A DNA stretch of 64,000 nucleotides from Bacteroidales bacterium (GTDB lineage: Bacteria > Bacteroidota > Bacteroidia > Bacteroidales > UBA932), in NCBI GenBank assembly GCA_017634595.1, contig JAGBNC010000009.1:5559-69558 (forward strand), given 5' to 3'. Positions 1 to 10,390 of this stretch are shown in pieces. Below the pieces are notes generated by a model. It did not search any database. It worked only from the letters and a program-made list of their open reading frames with translations, and was not told where the DNA came from. The stretch's first letter is position 1. Every line of letters begins with the position of its first letter. The translations under genes and the position numbers were made by a program.

Positions 1-27
1 ATCACAGCCTTGAAAGATTACTTGAAA

Positions 28-822
28 ATGAATAAAGTATTGTATCTGGCGGTCACTTTGGCTGTAATTACCACCTCCTGTGCACAAAGAAGCAGGAAGC
101 CCGTGACAATCGCAAGCACATCTGATACTACTGCATTGGAAATGACAGTGAAAACATCGGTTTTCGATTGCCCCGATTCTTCTCTCGGACCTTGTCGGCT
201 ATGTGACCAGAAACTGACATCTATCGAAGCTGTTTTTTCGGCATTTCCGAACAGGACAGATGAGTTCTTGAATGAGGCAACCGCTGCTGATTTTGACCCT
301 GATACCGTCACGAAAAAGGACACCCTCAAGTGGATAAAACAATCTCAGCCACGATTATCTGCGACCATGCTTGACCGGGCACTTCCAAATCCTACTGCGC
401 GTATGAATGCAAATGCTATCCTCGCTGCTTATTCCAAATTCGATGGAGACACGGATGATGGAAGTGCTTTCAGTGTTGCTTTCAACAATTATAGAGGCTT
501 TGAACTCCCCGGGACTGTCAGCAAAGATCAACTGAACCATTTCGAAAAGGGTTTCTGGGAATGGTACGACAAGAGAATTTCTGTTCCGGAGATTGATGAA
601 ATCGTAAAGATGTCAAGCAGAACGAAAACTGTCACAAAGCCGACGGAAGAGCAACTACACAATCTGAGGTGCGTAATCGAAGCAGAAACAAACATTGATA
701 AAAGAACTATCCTGGCTCTGGAATATATCAAATTATCAGGCGGGCTTGACGGCGTGAATCTGGCATATATACAAAATATCTTCTTGAAGCCTGGATATCT
801 TGGCGGGCAAATGTACAGCTGA
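28..822 (+). CDS. Hypothetical lipoprotein
   Basis: ORF 10..822; ATG at 28 gives MNKVLYLAVTLAVITTS-C, a signal peptide with lipobox. No family recognised. Confidence 0.7.
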   Translation: MNKVLYLAVTLAVITTSCAQRSRKPVTIASTSDTTALEMTVKTSVFDCPDSSLGPCRLCDQKLTSIEAVFSAFPNRTDEFLNEATAADFDPDTVTKKDTLKWIKQSQPRLSATMLDRALPNPTARMNANAILAAYSKFDGDTDDGSAFSVAFNNYRGFELPGTVSKDQLNHFEKGFWEWYDKRISVPEIDEIVKMSSRTKTVTKPTEEQLHNLRCVIEAETNIDKRTILALEYIKLSGGLDGVNLAYIQNIFLKPGYLGGQMYS

Positions 823-1084
823 TACACAGTCCTTCTTCTTTTAGTGTAATTGCGAACAATTACTATGATATGTTAAGAGTCAAGTGTATAGATACATTCG
901 TGCGCCATTGTGTCCAGGAGAAAGACGAAAATGCTGAATGTTTGTTGGAGAATTTGATTTTCTGCGAGATCATTCACCGCATGGGTTCGCTCACGGGAAA
1001 CAGTAGTTTTGCAACAGTCGCGGACTTGTCTTATAGTGCATTTATCCATCCAAGGTCGCTGAAAAAAGAATAGTATTCAGATGA

Positions 1085-1168
1085 TTATTCATCAATCCTT
1101 TCCACTATGAAGATGACAGGTCGCGTACCATCCGAACAGCAACATATCATTTCGTTTTCTTGTTTCAT
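1085..1168 (-). pseudogene. Collapsed TIGR04076-family remnant (27 aa)
   Basis: Reads MKQENEMICCCSDGTRPVIFIVERIDE*, nearly identical to the C-terminus of the remnant at 30814..31101. The 20 bp ending in ATGAAACA (1161-1180) are identical to 30802-30821. Confidence 0.85.
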
Positions 1169-1180
1169 CTAAACGGGAAT

Positions 1181-2143
1181 TTACCTTATAAAATCTATCC
1201 ATTTCTTTCGCACCTCTTTCCCCCTCTGCTCCCACTGCTCACGTGTGGTATCGCCAAGCATTCCGGTTCCTTTCCACCTTTCCCAATTGCCGAACAGGAG
1301 CATCAGTTCCAGACAGTGGCAGGCTCCGAAAAAAGAAGCGTCGGGCCGCCAGTCAAATTCTACGGTTTCGGCCTTGATTCCATTATTCTCTAGTTTTCTG
1401 ACATAACTTCTCGACGGGATGGTTATGCCTATCTGTGTAGCAATCCACCCGATAAGGTAGTGGAACAGATTTCCGGCCCTCTCTGTCCGCCCCAGTTTCA
1501 ATGCAACGAAGGGATATATATCGTCTTTTTGCCAGGAAACCAGCACCTTCTCTAAAGAAGGGATGGTGACTTTCCCCGAGAAATCCGGCTCCAGCGGGCT
1601 GAACGGCATCATTGAAGACGATGCTGCTAGATAGGACTTCTGGGCCGCCAGAACTTCTTCCGTAGTACATTCCGCTGGTCTTTTGCCTGCTATTCTCGTG
1701 AAAGCGGCAAGCATCTTCCGGGCCGACCTAACTGTATTTCTGAAGGTGAAGGGCGCGCTCTGGATAATAGCCCTTCGGCATAGAGCTTCATGGCAGGAAG
1801 AAATAATGGAAGCCACGGAATGCCCCCCGGCAGATTGACCGGCAAGCATTGAGCCGTCATATGCGACTTCCTCTCCACTTCCGGCCAGATAGGCGCCTCC
1901 GTGAATCCACACCAATACGGGACGTGCGCCCTTTCTGGAAGGTGTATATATGCTTAGGAAATGGCAATCCTCCGTTTGCGTGAGTTCATCATGGCCACCC
2001 ATCAGAAAACTCAGACGGAATGAATTCTGGGGACAAGCGGTAAGGGCCCCACTACCTTCCACGGCTCCTGTAAAAGGTTCAAGGACCGGATCTTCGAACC
2101 GTCCGGCCCTAGCATATCGAATGTGATGATACGATTCTACCAT
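1181..2143 (-). pseudogene. Type-B carboxylesterase with in-frame internal deletion
   Basis: PVLVWIHGGAY and GQSAG motifs present, but YDGSMLA is joined directly to GQSAG, so the usual ~60 aa segment (NYRLG...DQ...AALxW...FGGDP) is absent. Likely start MVESY at 2143. Confidence 0.8.
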
Positions 2144-2170
2144 AAGGTGGATAATAAATCGCGTTTTTTC

Positions 2171-2320
2171 TGACTGCAAAATTAAGTAATTAAAGCAAGA
2201 ACGGCAATCCGGCATTTTGTATGCATCGGCCATAGGAACCAGCAGATCCAGGCCCGCCGCAGCCCTTCAGAAACTGCCAATCGGGCCCGGGAACGGCAAC
2301 CCCAGGCCCGCCAATGGTAC
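2171..2320 (-). repeat. 51-bp-unit element with promoter tail, copy 1
   Basis: Reverse complement aligns with 26110-26365: one 51-bp unit, a partial unit and the AT-rich tail containing ATTG-N20-TAATTTTG (2205-2208, 2177-2184). Confidence 0.85.
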
Positions 2321-2578
2321 TATTCACAGAGGAAGTCGATGGCCTCTTCGCGACGGATGCCTGCCTCTGACATAGCCATGTCGTTCATTTCGTTGTGAAA
2401 GCAAAGGTAGAAATGCTCTTTCACAACCCGGTTGCAAAACATTTTTCGTATTTTTGCAGTGTCATGAGAATGAGACTATCTCTATACACGTCCGGGGTCC
2501 GAGGCCGAAAAGAGGTGGCGGGCAGAACACCCGGAAAGGACATTCATTTCAAAGTAAGCCGATTAAAAGTATCTTACC

Positions 2579-3181
2579 ATGTTCTGGGATCATGTTGCCG
2601 GGGTCTATGACCTTTTTGCCAATTACTACAACGCGGGGACGCACAGGGTCCTCTGCAAGGAAGTTGCATCTTTGATTTCCTCCGATGACGAGGTGCTTGA
2701 ATGCGCATGCGGGACAGGTCTGCTCACCCGGCACATTGCTCCCGTCTGCCGACATATCTTGGCGACGGACTTCTCTGAGAAGATGCTGGAGAGAGCCCGG
2801 CATAAATGCCGGGATTATGGCAACGCCTCATTCGAGTACGCGGACATTCTCCACCTTAACTATCCCGACGAATCATTCGACAAGGTCATTGCGGCCAATG
2901 TCATCCATCTGCTGGATGAACCGCTGAAGGCACTTTCCGAACTGGACCGGGTCTGTCGGAAAGGAGGACTGATCATCATTCCGACCTATATGAACCGTGA
3001 GAAGGGAGAAGGTAAGACAAGCGGGTTCGCGACCGCTGTCGGGAAAGCCGGTGCGGATTTCAAGCGGCAGTTCACCTTCTCCAGCTACCAGCAGTTCTTC
3101 GCTGAAGCCGGTTACAAAGAGGCGTCTTTCAAGATGATTGAAGGACGTGTCCCTTGCGCTGTAGCGATTTTGTCTAAATGA
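2579..3181 (+). CDS. Class I SAM-dependent methyltransferase (UbiE-like fold)
   Basis: VLECACGTG motif I, ATDFSEKML, ADILHLNYPDESFDKVI. Confidence 0.9.
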   Translation: MFWDHVAGVYDLFANYYNAGTHRVLCKEVASLISSDDEVLECACGTGLLTRHIAPVCRHILATDFSEKMLERARHKCRDYGNASFEYADILHLNYPDESFDKVIAANVIHLLDEPLKALSELDRVCRKGGLIIIPTYMNREKGEGKTSGFATAVGKAGADFKRQFTFSSYQQFFAEAGYKEASFKMIEGRVPCAVAILSK

Positions 3182-3268
3182 GCCGTAATAACGCAGTTTT
3201 GCCATTTCTATGGCTTTCGATGAGGAAGTCGCATCGTCGGCGGACTCCAGTATTCGTATCTTAGTACC

Positions 3269-3670
3269 ATGAAGTACAAGCACACCAACAGGCCGGGCTT
3301 CTGGCTCGGGTTTATAGACTTCTTCACGGCAGGGATCTTCTTCCTGCTGTACATGCCGCTCGGCGGCCTTCAAGACGAATTGGATGACATCCTTGGCCGG
3401 AGGACGCAGCGCTACTGGGTGGCTTACCTTCTTGGCATCCCGACTCTCTTTGTCTACACGCTAATCTGGATGTCCAGGATAGCCGAGGAGTTGAAGGCTA
3501 AAGCCATTGCGCTTGGCATAGAGGGGCCATATACCTCCTGGTGGCACATGTTCGGCTGGAATGTCTTCGGCCTCCCCTTGATGGGCCCAGCCGTCGCAAC
3601 CTACCGCTTCTTCGACACGCTTAACAAGATTGAAAGAAAGCTCAACGAGTCTTCTCTGGCTTCTGTGTGA
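3269..3670 (+). CDS. Small membrane protein (DUF4234-like)
   Basis: 133 aa with three hydrophobic segments and a T-x-GIF pattern. Confidence 0.6.
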   Translation: MKYKHTNRPGFWLGFIDFFTAGIFFLLYMPLGGLQDELDDILGRRTQRYWVAYLLGIPTLFVYTLIWMSRIAEELKAKAIALGIEGPYTSWWHMFGWNVFGLPLMGPAVATYRFFDTLNKIERKLNESSLASV

Positions 3671-3691
3671 GCTGCTCAAGATCTGTCGGTT

Positions 3692-4303
3692 TCAAAGACC
3701 AAGCTGCGAGAGGAAGTGTCTGAAGATATCAGGACGGCATAGCAGGGGAAACACTAGACCATAGACGGCACCCCAGAAGTGGGCGCTGTGGCCTATGTTG
3801 TCCATGTTGCGCTTGGCCATGTACCAGCAGTACAGCAGGTACAGCGGTGCGAAAATATAACCCGGCACCGGAATAGGAATCAGGTAAATATAAATGCCCA
3901 TCGTGGGCTCGAAAAGGATGGAGGCGAAGAGGATAGCCGATACGGCTCCCGACGCTCCCACGGCGTTGTAGTTCCAGTCGTCCCTGAACTTTACGAGGTC
4001 CCATACGCTGGAGACGGAGACGGCGCTGATATATAGCACAATATACAGAACGCTGCCGAGAGTGTTGCCGAACGCCAGGACAAAATACTGCTCCACAACC
4101 CTTCCGAAGAAGAAGAGCGTAAGCATATTGAAGAAAAGGTGCCCCCAGCCACCGTGGACCAGACCATAGGTCAGCATCCGGTACCACTCCTTCCGATGCC
4201 AGACAGAATATGCGTTGAACAGGAGTTTGTTCCCGTTCAAAGTGCCTGTGAAGCACAATATGCTAACCAAGCAGGTAATAGCTATAAGGATGAGTGTCAG
4301 CAT
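3692..4303 (-). CDS. Rhomboid-family intramembrane serine protease
   Basis: WYR, HLFFNM, catalytic GASG and HSAHFWGA motifs; multiple TM helices. Confidence 0.92.
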   Translation of the reverse strand: MLTLILIAITCLVSILCFTGTLNGNKLLFNAYSVWHRKEWYRMLTYGLVHGGWGHLFFNMLTLFFFGRVVEQYFVLAFGNTLGSVLYIVLYISAVSVSSVWDLVKFRDDWNYNAVGASGAVSAILFASILFEPTMGIYIYLIPIPVPGYIFAPLYLLYCWYMAKRNMDNIGHSAHFWGAVYGLVFPLLCRPDIFRHFLSQLGL

Positions 4304-4596
4304 CCGCGGCCGTCAATACTGCATGCAGCCCCCATGTTCTCCGGGCGCGGCTCAAGTCCCACATCTTTGGAATAAAGCGTGACGGAACCGTCTTCTCTCA
4401 CATAGCAGGGAATACCTACATCTCCAATGGCTTTTGCTTCATCAAAGGCGGGGTTGGAATCCCTCAGGTCCAGGAACTGCTTCAGATTGCGTACATGTTT
4501 GCCGATATCGATTATCTCGAAATCAGGATTGCCTTCCACCTGCTTTTCTACGTATTCACAGTCCGGGCAGGTGTGCATAACGAACATCTTGATCAT
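4297..4596 (-). CDS. Glutaredoxin-related protein
   Basis: N-terminal CPDC and a later GIPC (cis-Pro loop). Confidence 0.8.
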   Translation of the reverse strand: MIKMFVMHTCPDCEYVEKQVEGNPDFEIIDIGKHVRNLKQFLDLRDSNPAFDEAKAIGDVGIPCYVREDGSVTLYSKDVGLEPRPENMGAACSIDGRGC

Positions 4597-4597
4597 A

Positions 4598-5176
4598 CTA
4601 CCATCGTTTTATTAACTCAAGAGCCTCGGATATCGCGGCCTTGATTTTTGTATCAATTTCTTCTTCGCTGCTATAGTCCATGTTCTGAGCTGCAATGGTT
4701 GTCAGCTCTCCGAGATTCCAAAGACTGCCCAGCGCTTTGAGATAAGGCGTGGCCTGCTCACGCGGATCACCGGTGGGAATATCCATTCCCCGCGTAGTGA
4801 TATAAAGCACCTTGGGGGCTTTGCAGAGGCCTATACAGGTCCGGCCATTGTCGGTGAAGGTGATGTCGAAAAGGGATGTCTGTTCGAAGAAGCACTTAAG
4901 TACCGCCGGGAAGCTCATGTCCCAGAAGGGTGCCGCGATGAGAATGCGGTCTGCCCCGGCAATGGCCGTTGCCGCCTCTTTTGCCCATGAAGGAATTGCC
5001 CCCATGCCTCGCTCTTTATACAGACCGGGATTCAGGGGAACGATATCCATATCCGGAAGCTCATATCGGGTAACATTGTACCTTCCTGCCAGCGCCTCGA
5101 TTACGGGCTCTGCGATCCGGAGCGTCCTGGAATCTGACTGACGCACACATGCATCAATGACTACAAGAGATTTCAT
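4598..5176 (-). CDS. FMN-dependent NAD(P)H oxidoreductase (AzoR/flavodoxin-like fold)
   Basis: SRT loop, ADRILIAAPFWDMSFPAVLK, YITTRG. Start taken at MKSLVV. Confidence 0.85.
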   Translation of the reverse strand: MKSLVVIDACVRQSDSRTLRIAEPVIEALAGRYNVTRYELPDMDIVPLNPGLYKERGMGAIPSWAKEAATAIAGADRILIAAPFWDMSFPAVLKCFFEQTSLFDITFTDNGRTCIGLCKAPKVLYITTRGMDIPTGDPREQATPYLKALGSLWNLGELTTIAAQNMDYSSEEEIDTKIKAAISEALELIKRW

Positions 5177-5331
5177 TTCTGGTGGCACGATGAATTAGTC
5201 CTCAAATTTACACATTTTCTGTGATATAGGCACCAGGTTCGGGGTGATATTGGAGTGTCAATGAAAATGCTTAGATTTGCAGAAGGTTATCGTCCCCGTA
5301 TCGCAACTGTTATTATAAAAAGATATTGATC

Positions 5332-5826
5332 ATGAAAAAGTTTCTCATCATTGCAGCCGTTGCCTGCTTGTCACTTCTTGCTTCCTGCACGAAGGAAGTT
5401 ACACACACAGGCGATGAAACCAGAACCTTGTATGGTATCTGGAGGCTTAGTTCAAAAAGCATTGAAACTCCAGCTTCCGACGGTACAGTTAATACCAGAG
5501 ATACTGATTATTCCAGCGTGCATTTCTATCTGGGGCTTTATGAACTCCCTATCCCTCACGCCGTAGCCAAGAAAGGCAGCTTCACTGCATTTGACCTTGA
5601 CGACGTGGATGTGGACTTCAACCGTTTCACATATAATGCTGATCAAAAGAAAATCAGTTTCTCAAAGATTATGAGCCTCACAGAAGGCCTCAAATACAAT
5701 ATGACTCTGATGGGCACATTCGATATTGTGGAGCTGAGCAAGACCAGGCTGGTCATCAAGCAGCAGGGGCTTGGCAATATAGCCACCATTTATTCTTACA
5801 CCAAAGAGTCTGAGGAGAAGAAATAG
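5332..5826 (+). CDS. Lipoprotein, lipocalin-like
   Basis: MKKFLIIAAVACLSLLAS-C lipobox, LYGIW motif, beta-rich C-terminus. Confidence 0.65.
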   Translation: MKKFLIIAAVACLSLLASCTKEVTHTGDETRTLYGIWRLSSKSIETPASDGTVNTRDTDYSSVHFYLGLYELPIPHAVAKKGSFTAFDLDDVDVDFNRFTYNADQKKISFSKIMSLTEGLKYNMTLMGTFDIVELSKTRLVIKQQGLGNIATIYSYTKESEEKK

Positions 5827-5831
5827 GGAAT

Positions 5832-6953
5832 ATGAACACATCATTTCCAGAGATTAAGAAGAACTTCGGATTCGGCTGTATGCGCCTTCCGATGAAAGGG
5901 CCCGAAGTGGACCTTGAAGAAACCTGCCGCATGGTAGATTACTTCATAGAAAACGGTTTCAATTACTTCGATACCGCGCATGGATACCTGGGCGGCAAGA
6001 GCGAGACAGCCTTGAAGGCCTGCCTCACAAGCCGTTACCCGCGTGAAAGCTATCTGCTGGTTGACAAACTCACCAACGGCCTTTTTGAGAAGAGCCCGGA
6101 GGGCATCCGCAAGTTCTTCGCATCCCAGCTGGAAGCTTGTGGTGTTGATTATTTCGACTTTTATCTAATGCATGCCCAGAACAGCGAATACTTCGAAGCT
6201 TTCAAGGCGTGCAAGGCTTACGAGACGGCCTTTGAACTGAAGGCCGAAGGCAAGGTTCGTCACGTGGGCATTTCTTTCCATGACAAAGCAGATGTGCTTG
6301 ACCGCATCCTGACTGAGTATCCGGCAATAGAACTGGTGCAGATACAGTTCAACTACATGGACTACGACGACCCTGGCATCCAGAGCCGCCAGTGCTACGA
6401 GGTCTGCGAAAAGCACGGAAAACCCATAGTCGTGATGGAGCCCGTCAAAGGTGGAACTTTGGCAAAGTTGCCCTCCGATGCGGCAGAGGTGCTTGAGTCA
6501 CTTGGTACTGGAGCGAGTCAGGCGAGCTATGCCCTTCGCTACGTGGCTTCTTTCCCGCAGATAATAATGACATTGAGCGGGATGAGCAACATGCAGCAGA
6601 TGACTGACAACCTGTCTTTCATGAAGGACTTCAAACCTTTGACTGAAAGGGAATTCGCTGCTATTGACAAAGTGAAAGAGATATTCATGTCGAAGCGTCT
6701 CATAGCGTGTACCGGCTGCCGTTACTGTACGGCAGGCTGCCCCATGGAAAGCCCAATCCCTGATCTTTTTGCCGACCTTAATGCCAAGGTGCTTCACAAG
6801 AACTGGAACAGCGAATGGTATTTCATGGTCCACACCCAAGGGCATGGCAAGCCATCCGACTGTGTTGAGTGCGGACAGTGCGAGGGAGTTTGCCCCCAGC
6901 ATCTTCCCATCATTGACACTCTCAAAACCGTCGCCAAGACGTTTGAAAAATAG
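5832..6953 (+). CDS. Aldo/keto reductase with C-terminal 4Fe-4S dicluster
   Basis: FGFGCMRLP, YFDTAHGY, VMEPVKGG, CTGCRYC...CP and CVECGQCEGVCPQ. Confidence 0.93.
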   Translation: MNTSFPEIKKNFGFGCMRLPMKGPEVDLEETCRMVDYFIENGFNYFDTAHGYLGGKSETALKACLTSRYPRESYLLVDKLTNGLFEKSPEGIRKFFASQLEACGVDYFDFYLMHAQNSEYFEAFKACKAYETAFELKAEGKVRHVGISFHDKADVLDRILTEYPAIELVQIQFNYMDYDDPGIQSRQCYEVCEKHGKPIVVMEPVKGGTLAKLPSDAAEVLESLGTGASQASYALRYVASFPQIIMTLSGMSNMQQMTDNLSFMKDFKPLTEREFAAIDKVKEIFMSKRLIACTGCRYCTAGCPMESPIPDLFADLNAKVLHKNWNSEWYFMVHTQGHGKPSDCVECGQCEGVCPQHLPIIDTLKTVAKTFEK

Positions 6954-6977
6954 AAGGAGATATCTCCGTTACAAAAC

Positions 6978-7017
6978 AAATGCTCCCCCAGCCTAGCTAA
7001 GGCCAGGGGAGCATTTT
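6978..7017. terminator. Bidirectional intrinsic terminator
   Basis: AAATGCTCCCC / GGGGAGCATTT inverted repeat between convergent genes. Confidence 0.75.
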
Positions 7018-7029
7018 AGATCTATACTG

Positions 7030-8634
7030 TTAACGAGTCTTGAAGTTGAAACGGATATCAGCGGGGATATTCTCCAGACCAAGATTCAGCACATCGGCAT
7101 CGTAGTCGGAGCCTCTCTTTGAATACTTCTTCTCGAATTCAAGAGCGAATGCTTTGTCTGCGGTAGCCTGAGTCTTGAGCACTATGGCAGAGATGTCGGT
7201 CAATGCCGATACCATCTTGTCATAATCCAGGACATACTTACCGGAAGCTTGCCTGTAGAAGGCGCCCTTCTCTTTCAAATAATTGAAAATAATAATGTTG
7301 GCTCTTCCAAGGGCGGAGCCTTCGCCAAAGCGCTCCGAGCGCACCAGAGAGGCGAAGAAAGTGGTAAGGGCATCCTGCTTGGTGAAGATATGATGGATAT
7401 CATAGTGGTCTTGGAGCTTGCATACAAGCAGCATTCCCACAGCGTTAGCCTTGATTTCCTCGAAGGTAAGTGCTGCGCTTCCCAAAGACCTCTGCGCATC
7501 GTTACCATCGGCAGTCTCCTTGACTCCAAGTCCGTGGGCCACTTCGCGGAAAACAATATTCCAGAAGAATGCCTCGGCGGAAAGATGCTCTGACGTTTCA
7601 GAATCAAGCATAAGCTCACCGGTAGGACCAACGATGCTGTTGTACTTGGCACGGATCACATTCTCCAGCAGAATTGTCCTGGTGCCTTTGTCACGCTGCA
7701 CGTCACTGTCAAAAGGCAGGTTGAGGGCAATAACCTTGATGCCTGCATTGGCCTTGCCGGCGTAGTACAGGGCATCATAAGAATAGATGTTGGAGCCGAG
7801 GCCGGGCTTGAAAGTCCTGTATGAAGGGTCGCCGGGCAGTTCTTCCTGGAACTCGCTGATGCGGGAAACGTACTGCATCAGTTCGTTTGTCTTGCTTTCG
7901 TTCTTGAGCAGAACGTATGCTTCATAGGAACGTTTGAGTCCGAGCAACTGGTCATCGGTTGTCTCGTTGGGACCGATAACAAGATCCATCTTGCTGTCGG
8001 TCATGTCGAGCCAGTCGATACCGCTCTGGTAGTAATTGTCTGTCTTGAGAGCCTGTGCCTTGCTGAGCAGGTATTTCTTTACGCTGGGCTTGATGGTAAT
8101 GTCAGCAGCCGCGTTCAGATAAGAAACGATTTTGTCGATATGCTCTTTATAGACATCGTGATACCATTCGGTATGCAAGGAACCGTCCTCAGCCCTGCGG
8201 ATTAGGGTGTAGGGGCTGTATTTGTCAGGATCATCGAGGGCTTCGAACTCTTCCACCGTCATGTCGGCGGGGTAGAACCCTGCCCCTGAAAGCCTGTCAT
8301 TGTACCCTTGTACGAATGACTTTCCGTCGGCACGGTCCCAAGGGCCGTAGTTAATCTCGGCGAAAGTCCTCTGAGCCGGATCGGAGATGCCGTCAAGCAG
8401 GGCCTTTTTATCGCCGAAGTACTGCTCCCAATACATGGCATCCACCTCATCGGCTGCGAAACGGTACAGATTAAGCACTTCTTTTCCGTTGTCGGAAATG
8501 CCGCTCAAGTCGGGAGCCTCTACGGTGACCACCGTGTAATTATGAACTTTCCTATTGAAAGGAGATTTGGGCTCTTCTTTGCAAGAAACGACTGTCGCAA
8601 GAATCAGAAGCCCGAAAAACAAATGCTTTTTCAT
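7030..8634 (-). CDS. Peptidase M49 (DPP III)-like lipoprotein with degenerate Zn motif
   Basis: Lipobox VVS-C; INYGPWDR, GFYP and AGIKVIALNLPFD family motifs; FREVAHGLG replaces FHEVAHGLG; EEIKA retained. Confidence 0.85.
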   Translation of the reverse strand: MKKHLFFGLLILATVVSCKEEPKSPFNRKVHNYTVVTVEAPDLSGISDNGKEVLNLYRFAADEVDAMYWEQYFGDKKALLDGISDPAQRTFAEINYGPWDRADGKSFVQGYNDRLSGAGFYPADMTVEEFEALDDPDKYSPYTLIRRAEDGSLHTEWYHDVYKEHIDKIVSYLNAAADITIKPSVKKYLLSKAQALKTDNYYQSGIDWLDMTDSKMDLVIGPNETTDDQLLGLKRSYEAYVLLKNESKTNELMQYVSRISEFQEELPGDPSYRTFKPGLGSNIYSYDALYYAGKANAGIKVIALNLPFDSDVQRDKGTRTILLENVIRAKYNSIVGPTGELMLDSETSEHLSAEAFFWNIVFREVAHGLGVKETADGNDAQRSLGSAALTFEEIKANAVGMLLVCKLQDHYDIHHIFTKQDALTTFFASLVRSERFGEGSALGRANIIIFNYLKEKGAFYRQASGKYVLDYDKMVSALTDISAIVLKTQATADKAFALEFEKKYSKRGSDYDADVLNLGLENIPADIRFNFKTR

Positions 8635-8638
8635 ATTG

Positions 8639-10324
8639 TTATAACATTATCATTATCATCAACTGGGCCGCTACAACACGCAGGAACATGGTAAGCGGAT
8701 AAACGGTTGCATAATTGACGGCAATTCTGCCGTTGCCGTACATTTGCTCCGAGAATGAAAGGAGTGCCGGATCGGTGGTGCCGCCGGCCAGGAGACCGCA
8801 GATCTTGAAGAAATCAAGCTTCATGACGTAGCGTGCTATCAATGACACCAGCATCATTGGCACAAGAGTGATTATAACTCCGTACAGGACCCACATGTAA
8901 CCACCTCCTACAAGGCTCTCAACGAAGTGCTCGCCGGCACCGACTCCGACAGCCGCCATAAACAACGAGATGCCGATTTCACGTATCATCAAGTTGGCGC
9001 TCAGAGCGGTGTAGGTGGTAATCCTGAGCTTGGGACCGAAGTGGCCGAGCAGAATAGCAACAATAAGGGGACCTCCAGCTAGTCCAAGCTTCAAGGGCTG
9101 GGGCATGGAAGGGAAGCGGATAGGAATCATTCCTACCAGCACGCCCAGTGCGATGCCGAAGAAAATCGGCACCAAATTAGGCTTCTGAAGGGTCTCAGGC
9201 TGGTTGCCGACGAGTTGAGAAAGCCTGTTGATGCCTTGCTCGGAACCTACTACCTGAATACTGTCTCCCACTTTGAGAATTAAATCAGGGTCTGCCTGCA
9301 GATCAATACCGGAACGAAGGATTCGTGTCACGGTGACACCATACTTCTGACGTATATTGAGCTTGCGGAGGTTCTTGCCGGTGATGGAAGATTGAGTGAT
9401 GGAGAGTCTGCGCGACATGAGTTTTGCGCCCGGCTGCTCCCATTCATTCATATCAACAGGATAGTCTTCGCCGAAGATTATACGGGCCTTTTCCTTATGC
9501 TGTATATCTGTGACAATAAGCAGCTTATCTCCCTCCAAAAGGGGCTGCTTCAAATCGGGCATAGATACCACACCTTTCCTCATCAGGCGCGTAACCACCA
9601 AGTGGTCGGCGTTTTCTTCGCCCACAATGTCGAATAAGCTTTTCCCGAATATTGCCGGGTTGGCCACGATGCAGGCAAGCCTGAAAGCACTCGCTTCTTC
9701 ATCTTCGCCTTGAGAGGCCATGTCTTTCTCCTTGGGCAAGTTGACTCTGAATATGGCTTTGCTCAGGAGTATGACGCCTATGGCTCCCAGCACGCCAAGA
9801 GGATAGGCCACTGCATAAGCAGACGCTATGCCCGCAGATGCATTTGCAGCTTGTGCTGCGCTGCCTCCGGAGGCAAGCGTGGCATCTACCATAGTCTGCT
9901 GGGCTGCACCAAGCCCGGGAGTGTTAGTAACAGCTCCGGACATGATACCTGTCATGATGTCAAGTCTCTCACCTGTAATGAGATGAATGGCATATGTGAC
10001 AAGCACTGCGGCCAGTACCAATCCAATGGCAAGCATGTTCATGGGCAAGCCGTCTTTGCGGAAAGAGTGGAAGAAACCGGGACCGACTTGCAAGCCAATG
10101 GCGAAAACGAACAAAATGAGTCCGAAGTCTTTGATAAAAGAGAGCATTACGGGGTCTATCTTCATGCCTAAATGCCCCAGTAAAATGCCCATAAACAGAA
10201 TCCAAGTTGTTCCGAGGGAGATCCCTTTAAACTTGAATCTGCCGAGGTAAAGTCCAAGGGCAATGACCAGCGCCATGATCAATATTGCTCCGGCTGTGCC
10301 CCCTTGAGTTAGCAAATTTTTCAT
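8639..10324 (-). CDS. AspT/YidE/YbjL-family transporter with TrkA-C domains
   Basis: FVFAIGLQVGPGFF, SGAVTNTPGLGAA, LGLAGGPLIVAILLG, YATVYPLTMFLR; two soluble RCK_C-like repeats. Confidence 0.92.
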   Translation of the reverse strand: MKNLLTQGGTAGAILIMALVIALGLYLGRFKFKGISLGTTWILFMGILLGHLGMKIDPVMLSFIKDFGLILFVFAIGLQVGPGFFHSFRKDGLPMNMLAIGLVLAAVLVTYAIHLITGERLDIMTGIMSGAVTNTPGLGAAQQTMVDATLASGGSAAQAANASAGIASAYAVAYPLGVLGAIGVILLSKAIFRVNLPKEKDMASQGEDEEASAFRLACIVANPAIFGKSLFDIVGEENADHLVVTRLMRKGVVSMPDLKQPLLEGDKLLIVTDIQHKEKARIIFGEDYPVDMNEWEQPGAKLMSRRLSITQSSITGKNLRKLNIRQKYGVTVTRILRSGIDLQADPDLILKVGDSIQVVGSEQGINRLSQLVGNQPETLQKPNLVPIFFGIALGVLVGMIPIRFPSMPQPLKLGLAGGPLIVAILLGHFGPKLRITTYTALSANLMIREIGISLFMAAVGVGAGEHFVESLVGGGYMWVLYGVIITLVPMMLVSLIARYVMKLDFFKICGLLAGGTTDPALLSFSEQMYGNGRIAVNYATVYPLTMFLRVVAAQLMIMIML

Positions 10325-10332
10325 ATCGGCCG

Positions 10333-10340
10333 CAAAGATA
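10333..10340 (-). promoter_or_regulatory. Bacteroidetes -7 promoter element
   Basis: TATCTTTG on the minus strand just upstream of the 10324 start. Confidence 0.55.
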
Positions 10341-10390
10341 CAGATTTTGTTGTATATTTAGCTTGTCTCGATAAGAAATAAAAAGAATCT

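Noticed and set aside
870-1073. 67-aa ORF with an ENLIFCEI segment resembling DUF4143
   Set aside because: The similarity is too short to support a call.
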